64,000 bases of DNA from contig JASVEC010000017.1 in the NCBI GenBank assembly GCA_030770535.1, positions 992,001 to 1,056,000 of the forward strand, given 5' to 3'. This DNA comes from Batkoa obscura. Lineage: Eukaryota. Below the pieces are notes generated by a model that saw only the letters and a list, made by a program, of their open reading frames with translations, was not told the DNA's origin and did no database searches. A program made the translations under genes and the position numbers. Numbering within the stretch: position 1 is the stretch's first letter; every line of letters begins with the position of its first letter. Below, piece after piece: positions 56,007 through 64,000 of this stretch.

Positions 56007-56739
56007 TTGAAAGTACCTGTATATTTTTTTTAAAAGCTAAAACTTTTTTATCAACCTTTATATATTTGAAAACTCGAGGTTGTTCCAGGTTTATTATCAA
56101 TCAAAATTTCCTATTTTTAACCAAATACCAAAAAGAGTAGATAATATTTTCGGGAAATCCTAACGACAAAAAACACTGAAAAGGAGAAAACATAATGAAT
56201 AATTATAATATTTAGAGTAACAAGTTATATAATTGTAAAGCCATGAAGGTATATAAATTTATGATAATACAATTATATAACATTATCAGTTATAAAACAA
56301 TACTCTAAAAAGTAAAAAATCGCATCTCAATTTCTAGTTCCACCAAATATTTAAGCTTTTGTTCAATTGGATCAAATGATGATTTATATTAATATTATGT
56401 AAAAACGATCAATTGTTCATAATAGTTTCATAATATTCATTTCTGCAAATCATATCCTGGTTACAATCACAATTTTTATTTGCTTTGCTTGAATGTTAAA
56501 CTGTTTTGACCTTTACGCTTACAATTATACCTTAGATATCCAAACATTTATCTTTATTTGATCCTTAACATAACAATAAATGACTTCTTGTTCTTCTTGT
56601 TAACTCACATATGTATATCTTGTGATTGTTTAATTTTTAGTTTATTTTTAAACTATAAGTCGTGTATAGCAATTTGTAAAAATTTCTGAAGCTAATTAAT
56701 TAATTTAATACTTCATTAATTCTTAAAATCTCTACATAT

Positions 56740-56838
56740 GATGATGTATTTTTTTGTTTAAGAATTTTACTAACAATCTTTCCACTCAAATAGCACTTAA
56801 AAAATGGAAAAAGTGATGAAGTAAAAAAAAACACACTC
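56740..56838 (+). mobile_element. 98-bp MITE
   Basis: ATAT TSD. Confidence 0.88.
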
Positions 56839-58643
56839 ATATAGTAAAAAACGTTTTAATTCAGTTGAATTTACAAGTATTCTATTGCAAAATTAGCAGT
56901 ATATTTAATCATTATTTTTTTTATTGTATCTCAAAAATAAAATCATCTATGAGCTAAAAAGATATCAATAAAGCTGTATCAATTTATCAATTGTTTTATT
57001 TTATTTGAGGAATAAAATTTTGAAGTAACCTTTTTATCCAAGTTTAGTATGTTTGGATTAATCAGTTTGGTAATTCATTTTTTGACTAAACTATTGAAAT
57101 TTAGAAGAACATATTATATTCATACATTAAGAATACAAAAAATCGTTAATCAAAGGCAAAAGGTATAGAGATTTTGGGTTATTAATGAAGGATTTATTTT
57201 TGACTCATTAAAAATTTGACTATCTGCTTTTTAATTTCATTGTAAAGCTTAAAATAGAATTTTTGGACCCAAAATTGGACTTTCTTCTATTTTGGAAATA
57301 ATGCGCAAAGCACGTGTATAGTAAATTTGGTAAATGATTAATTTTAAATTCCTTATTCTGTATTTAAATTTATTGAGTAAGGGAAAGCATAATAAGTTTG
57401 TAACCTATTATTATACTAATATTAGATGAGATGATAATAGTTGTTGATCTAATAAATGATAATTTTTTTAAAGCTATAATACATTAAGATAAACTATATG
57501 GGTACAATATTAAATCGATATTAAAAAACATAATTCATAATTCTAACAAACGAGCAAAATTATGTTTCGTTAAAGACACTTGTTCATTTATTTTACTCAT
57601 TAAAGTTACAATTGAAATTTGATAAGCTATAAATAACTCAAATCAATTATTATATATTAGCATAGGTTTTATTATGACAACTTTATTTAAGTTAAAATCA
57701 GTAGGAATTGAATCAAAATTAATAATAACTAGAACTCATAAATCAGCATTGAAATCCTAAATATTACAAAACTTTAAGTTGAGATACAACTTTTGAATAT
57801 AGTAGTATGGTAAAATGCAGATTAAAAATGTAAAATAAAAGCAATTTAAAGTTAAGAATTGGAATTTTATAATATTTAACAAAAATAAAAAGTTACCCAG
57901 ATTACAGAATAAAAATAAAAGTAGTGTGATAGCTAAGGTTATCAAATAAGGTTATCATTTATCATAATAGATAGTGGTATCTGTTTTTATAACATCCGAC
58001 TAAATAACGACAGAAAATGGGGTTTTTAGTCAAAGAGCTTTTAATTATATCTTAAGCCATTTTAATCTTAGCCTATATTTGGATTAGTATATAAATCCCA
58101 AATAACCTATAAATCAGTTTATTGCAACATAAGATTTCCAAGTCATATTTGATTAGTTTTTTGACAATATTTTTATCAACTTAAATAGCATCTCCTTGTT
58201 TTAGTGAACTGGAAAAAGGGTTTCTTAAATATTAAAAAAAACCTAAATAAGTAGTAATTTTTAATAAAAGTCTGTAGTTAATTTTTTTTAACAGATATAA
58301 AAAATCCGCATTTAGATTTACTTATCTTTGTTATAGAAAATATGTACAAAACGTTAAATATATGTGAAATTATTAGTAGGCTATGAAAAAAGTCAAAAAG
58401 TTTAAAAATTAAATAGTTTTAATTAAAAAAGTATGTAGTTTTTTTATACAAATTTTATATATGAATGTGGAAAAGTGCTTAAAAAGTTTAAGTTAATTAA
58501 ATTAACTATTTTTGAGATATAAAAGTAGTTGTATAACAAAGTCTTATAAAAATGGTAATAATATTAAAAACTTTCACTCTATGTATTTTTAATGCTTTAA
58601 AAATAATCACAAAACAAGTATAAAATTTAATATTTAAAGCCTG

Positions 58644-59107
58644 TGTGAAATATTAGTTTATTAGCTCTCGGATTGATTATAACACAACAATCACTTAAGT
58701 TGCTATGTTCTCAAGTTCAAACACAATCAATTCAGAGTCCCTTATTTTGATTTGCTGCGAGAATTTCTAACTTCATATTGCAAAGAATATTATCCTCTTG
58801 TTCTGATATCCATACTTGTTGGAGTATAAAAGAGATTCTTCAATATGATAACTCGAGGCTTTTTAATTGGATTACTCCCTGATAACGTATCATTAATAAA
58901 GTCATTAAGTCTTTCTGACAACATCTTACATAGATTTTACAGTAGTATCTTCTATTATATTTGTTTTACATAATTCGTAACTTATTACATACTATTTCTA
59001 TTAAGTTAAATCTATCTTAGTTACATAAACTAAGACCGTTCGACTCAAGGCAAGTTGATTAAGCAAGAGTAGCTTTTAACTCCGACCACTGAGTATCAAC
59101 TTTCACA
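58644..59107 (+). mobile_element. Solo LTR (464 bp)
   Basis: TGTGAAA...TTTCACA; TATAAAAG at 58825, AATAAA at 58895; no clean TSD. Confidence 0.85.
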
Positions 59108-59226
59108 ATGCTATTTATATAGATTAATTTAAATAAAAAAGTTCTAATGTCAACTTAAACTTTTAGCATTTTTAAATAGTTTAATACAATAATGCAAACT
59201 ATAAAAGCTAATTTTATAATCTATAT

Positions 59227-59323
59227 GGGGGTGTTTTTTTTGGCTTCATTATTTTTTCCATTTTTTAGCGCTATTTGAGCGGAAAGATTGTTAGTAAAAT
59301 TCTTAAACAAAAAAAAAATCTCC
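59227..59323 (-). mobile_element. 98-bp MITE abutting the Sola end through a shared ATAT
   Basis: ATAT-MITE-ATAT-GGGGGTGTCCG. Confidence 0.9.
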
Positions 59324-59327
59324 ATAT

Positions 59328-60464
59328 GGGGGTGTCCGAATTGGTTTCATTTTTTTATCCAATTTTTAAATATTTATATTTTGAAAACTTTGCTTAAAAT
59401 TATATAAAAATAAATTCTTTATTAAAAGTCAAAAGTACCCGATACAATTTTAAATTATTTTATTATAATTTATATTGTAAGTTAGCGGAATTTCTATCAA
59501 ATTTAATATAAATCCCTGAATTAGCAAGGCTTTTATCAATATAGCCTATATAGTGATAGTAATTAAAGTTGTAATATGTAATATGTAAATAAATATATAC
59601 TTTTATATAACTTTATTAAGAAATATTTATTATTAACTGCTTTATAGCCAACACTGCATATTTACTATCAAATAAACAAATAAACAATTTTAATGTTATA
59701 ATTGCATTATCAATATATCGCTAAGTTAATAAATAGCTGCATGGGAAGGAGTGGTTAGCCCCAAAACTATAATTAACCATCCCTATGTAATACAAGCAGT
59801 ATAATAATAGTTTTTACTTATTATTGCAACTACTTGCTCTTTAACTATTTATTAACTTAGCTATTATTAATCTAAGTAATATCAACATTTAATAATTGAT
59901 TTCTATCATCTAATAAACTACTTACTTGCTTACTAAATATCGAAACTTTTAAATTTTCAGTTATTTTTGTAAGATAAGCTGGGGTTGATCTTTTAATTTT
60001 TCTATCCTCTGTAGGCTTTATAACTTTAATTGTAATTATATCGCTTTTTTTTGATCTATCAAATACTGGATAACATTGTAGTTTATTACCACGTTTAATA
60101 AAATGTAAATACTTTTTAATACCTTTTATTTTTATTATTTTTTTTATATCTTTGTTTCTTTCATACTTTTTAAAAATTATATTTATTTGCCCATTATTGA
60201 CAGTTGAGTTATTAACTCTGCTATGTTCACAGATAAAAATCTCAAATTTTGAAATTAATTGATCAATATCTTCTATTTTACCTAATGCTTCAAAACTATT
60301 TTTCCACTTTGAAAGATTTCCAAAATGTCCATCAACTATACTTTTTCCATGATGCTCAGCAAAAAAATTAAGATCAATATTTAAACTACTATTTATTTTA
60401 TAAATTTCTTCAAATACATAATGTAAAAACTCTTGAGATTTAAAATGATATCATGTATCTGCCC
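59328..60464 (-). mobile_element. Inverted copy of the 3' 1137 bp of the adjacent Sola2-like element
   Basis: Reverse complement of 62193-63329; one mismatch noticed (59447 versus 63210). Confidence 0.95.
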
Positions 60465-60630
60465 ATATGGGGGTGTCCGAATTGGTTTCAGAGTTTAACT
60501 AGAAATTAATCCAAATTTTAAGTTTTTAAATTTGTAAGTCTTTAATGTATGATCAGCTAAATTTAAAAAGCTTAAAACTAAATATAAAAATTTAACTTAA
60601 AGACTTATTTTATTTATTTGATTATATGTT

Positions 60631-60990
60631 TGTGAAAGTTAGTACTCAATAATTGGAGTTAGAGGCAGTTCTAGCTTAGTTAACTGGCCGTAAGTCAAAA
60701 GGCCTTAGTTTATGTAGCTAAGATAGACTTAAATCAATAGGAGTAATACGCAATAAGCTACGAACTATGTAAAATAAATAGAATACAGGATACTACTGTA
60801 AAATCTACATAATATATTGTCAGAAAGATTTAGTGGCTTTATTAAAAGTAAAATATTAGGGAACAATTCAATTAAAAAGCCCTGAGCTATTATATTGAAG
60901 GATCTATTTTATACTCAGCTAGTTTTGTAAACAAGTTGAGTGATTATTATGCGATAACCAATCATAGAGCTGATGAAACGATATTTCACA
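60631..60990 (-). mobile_element. Diverged, shortened solo LTR (360 bp) in the 5' region of the Sola element
   Basis: TGTGAAAG...TTTCACA; the homologous position in the 10938 copy is empty. Confidence 0.82.
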
Positions 60991-61081
60991 GTGTTTTGTA
61001 TTTTTTATTAAATATTCAATAGCTATATAATATATAATTATATAGTTATTTGACTTTATTTTTTATTAAAATAAAAACAAA

Positions 61082-62785
61082 ATGCAAGCTTTTATAACTA
61101 AACTTCGAAATGGAGTTTCTGAAAACTTTAATACGGTAGGGAGAAGCACATTATATGAACATTGTAATTCATTTACATCAATTTTAGCAACTATTCACAA
61201 TAGCCCAAACTTTATGGAATTTTATAATAAAACAAAAAAAAGAAAAGAAATATTATTAAATTTTACTATTAATAATAACAAACTTAATCGAGCAATGTAT
61301 AAAATTAGTGCTTTAAAGGAAACAGGGAATAAAAATCAACAAGTAGCATTATTATCGACTATAGCTTCAGTATATTCTTTTGATGAATGTAAAAGTTTTG
61401 GATTTAATATAAGTAAAAATCAATATGATTATTCAAAAATAATTATTAATAATAAAATACCAACGTTAAGATCTACTATCAAAAATACAAAAAAAATTAA
61501 AGATGAGCAAATCGAGATTATTATACAATATTTACTTGATAATTCAACTATTTCATCAAGATTTAGTAAAAAAAATAATGATAAATATTCGTCAGATAAT
61601 ATATATATATTAAATAAAAGTAGAAGAATGATATACAGTAAGTATTTTAATGATTTAAAAGATAAAGCAGTAGCTAGGTCAACAATTTTCAAATATATAC
61701 CAAATAATTTTAAAGATCCAGCAAGAAAAACAGATTTATGTAATATATGTGCCCAGTATACAGTTAGAAAAAAGTTATTTGAAAATAAAATAAATACAGC
61801 GACAGAAAATAAAGCAGAGATACAGGAATCTTTTAATAAAGAAAAAAGGATATATAAATTACATGAATTTTGTGTTGATACTCAAAAAAACATATTTAAT
61901 GAAACTATTGAAAAACTAAATAATAAAAGTTGTATAATAATTCTAGACTTTAAACAAAATATGGAAATAGGAACAAGGCTGGATCCAATAAATTTAGATC
62001 ATTATAATAAACAAGCTATATCAGTATTAGGGTTTAGCGTTTTGTATTTAAAAAACGATAAAACAATAGGCAAAGTTTATTTTGATTATTTGTTTGAAAT
62101 ATTAAATCATGATTCAGCATATGCAGGAGACTGTTTAATTAATTTAATATCTAAAGAGCCTTTGTTTAAAAAGTTTACAAAAATTAATATATGGGCAGAT
62201 ACATGATATCATTTTAAATCTCAAGAGTTTTTACATTATGTATTTGAAGAAATTTATAAAATAAATAGTAGTTTAAATATTGATCTTAATTTTTTTGCTG
62301 AGCATCATGGAAAAAGTATAGTTGATGGACATTTTGGAAATCTTTCAAAGTGGAAAAATAGTTTTGAAGCATTAGGTAAAATAGAAGATATTGATCAATT
62401 AATTTCAAAATTTGAGATTTTTATCTGTGAACATAGCAGAGTTAATAACTCAACTGTCAATAATGGGCAAATAAATATAATTTTTAAAAAGTATGAAAGA
62501 AACAAAGATATAAAAAAAATAATAAAAATAAAAGGTATTAAAAAGTATTTACATTTTATTAAACGTGGTAATAAACTACAATGTTATCCAGTATTTGATA
62601 GATCAAAAAAAAGCGATATAATTACAATTAAAGTTATAAAGCCTACAGAGGATAGAAAAATTAAAAGATCAACCCCAGCTTATCTTACAAAAATAACTGA
62701 AAATTTAAAAGTTTCGATATTTAGTAAGCAAGTAAGTAGTTTATTAGATGATAGAAATCAATTATTAAATGTTGATATTACTTAG
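61082..62785 (+). pseudogene. Sola2-like DDD transposase (567 codons) with one in-frame TGA at 62204-62206
   Basis: TDLCNIC, ILDFKQN, HDS, IWADT*YHFKS, NFFAEHHGKSIVDGHFG; the frame stays open after the TGA to TAG at 62785. Confidence 0.85.
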
Positions 62786-63559
62786 ATTAATAATAGCTAA
62801 GTTAATAAATAGTTAAAGAGCAAGTAGTTGCAATAATAAGTAAAAACTATTATTATACTGCTTGTATTACATAGGGATGGTTAATTATAGTTTTGGGGCT
62901 AACCACTCCTTCCCATGCAGCTATTTATTAACTTAGCGATATATTGATAATGCAATTATAACATTAAAATTGTTTATTTGTTTATTTGATAGTAAATATG
63001 CAGTGTTGGCTATAAAGCAGTTAATAATAAATATTTCTTAATAAAGTTATATAAAAGTATATATTTATTTACATATTACATATTACAACTTTAATTACTA
63101 TCACTATATAGGCTATATTGATAAAAGCCTTGCTAATTCAGGGATTTATATTAAATTTGATAGAAATTCCGCTAACTTACAATATAAATTATAATAAAAT
63201 AATTTAAAACTGTATCGGGTACTTTTGACTTTTAATAAAGAATTTATTTTTATATAATTTTAAGCAAAGTTTTCAAAATATAAATATTTAAAAATTGGAT
63301 AAAAAAATGAAACCAATTCGGACACCCCCATATATAAAAATGGCCATACTTTCAAATGTATTTTTTCATTTATTTAATTGGCTTTTTTTTTACAGTTTTA
63401 GTTTTTCCTTAAATTTTCTGACCTCTCCTTGTATTATACCAACTTAAATATCTTAAACTGGTTCGAAAGTTCAATGTTCCTTAAAGCAAAGTTGTAAGAG
63501 ATATTTTAAATAGGCATGGAATCAAATGGTATATATAAATAAAATAGTGTAAAAAATAT

Positions 63560-63657
63560 GAGGATGTGTTTTTTTGTTTAAGAATTTTACTGACAATCTT
63601 TCTGCTTAAATAGCACTTAAAAAGTGGAAAAAGTGATGAAATCAAAAAAACATCCTC
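63560..63657 (+). mobile_element. 98-bp MITE
   Basis: Family match. Confidence 0.85.
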
Positions 63658-64000
63658 ATAGTCATTTAAGTTACCTTAAACTAATTTGAACTAGTATTAT
63701 TTTCCTTAGTGATATTTAATTAAAAACTACTATTAAATTATAAAAGCAAAGTGTGGATCTGGTTTATTAAGGATATATTTGACTATTGATATTTTTCAAG
63801 GCTCTGATCTCTAATTTTGAAAATAATAAGAGGCTCAGATTAGTAGCATTTATAAGTTTTATTAACGATAAGCACCTTTACCAGTAAATCAATTTAAAAG
63901 GCCAGTTACCACTATTAACGTTTAGCTAAAAGTGAAATAGAGATAGGGCGACTTATTGAGCTCATAATTTGATAGCTTCTAGTATCAATGTCAAGCCTTC

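Larger units (their letters stand above)
60469..63329 (+). mobile_element. Full-length Sola2-like DNA transposon (2861 bp)
   Basis: Perfect 22-bp TIRs GGGGGTGTCCGAATTGGTTTCA; ATAT on both sides; transposase inside. Confidence 0.88.

Noticed and set aside
62204..62206. TGA as programmed readthrough, selenocysteine or an alternative genetic code
   Set aside because: No recognised readthrough context, the ancestral residue is probably Gly, and Trp is TGG elsewhere in the window

Overview
Very AT-rich eukaryotic DNA with short GT-AG introns. Zn(2)Cys(6) factors and a chitin synthase make it fungal, and a propionyl-CoA carboxylase beta subunit suggests an early-diverging (non-Dikarya) lineage (inference). 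Housekeeping genes: RPN10 and 20S alpha1 (head-to-head), a ZCCHC10-like gene, PCCB, a ChsD-type chitin synthase, MTR3, an S6K/Psk1-like kinase and tRNA-Val(AAC). Other genes: a frameshifted cofilin, two Zn-cluster genes (one with two clusters), an Hmp1/CsbD repeat protein, three paralogues of a Fungal_trans-like protein (two broken) and three intact CENP-B/pogo-type DNA-binding genes lacking a DDE domain. Mobile DNA: a Sola2-like DDD transposon family (4 copies), about 20 copies of a ~98-bp MITE sharing its termini and 4-bp A/T target duplications, 6 solo LTRs, a Tc1-like relic and several foldback MITEs. The most striking structure is at 59328-63329: a one-and-a-half Sola element forming a 1137-bp near-perfect inverted repeat just downstream of a solo LTR, a candidate hairpin-RNA 'killer' locus. 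All calls were made by eye, without database searches.
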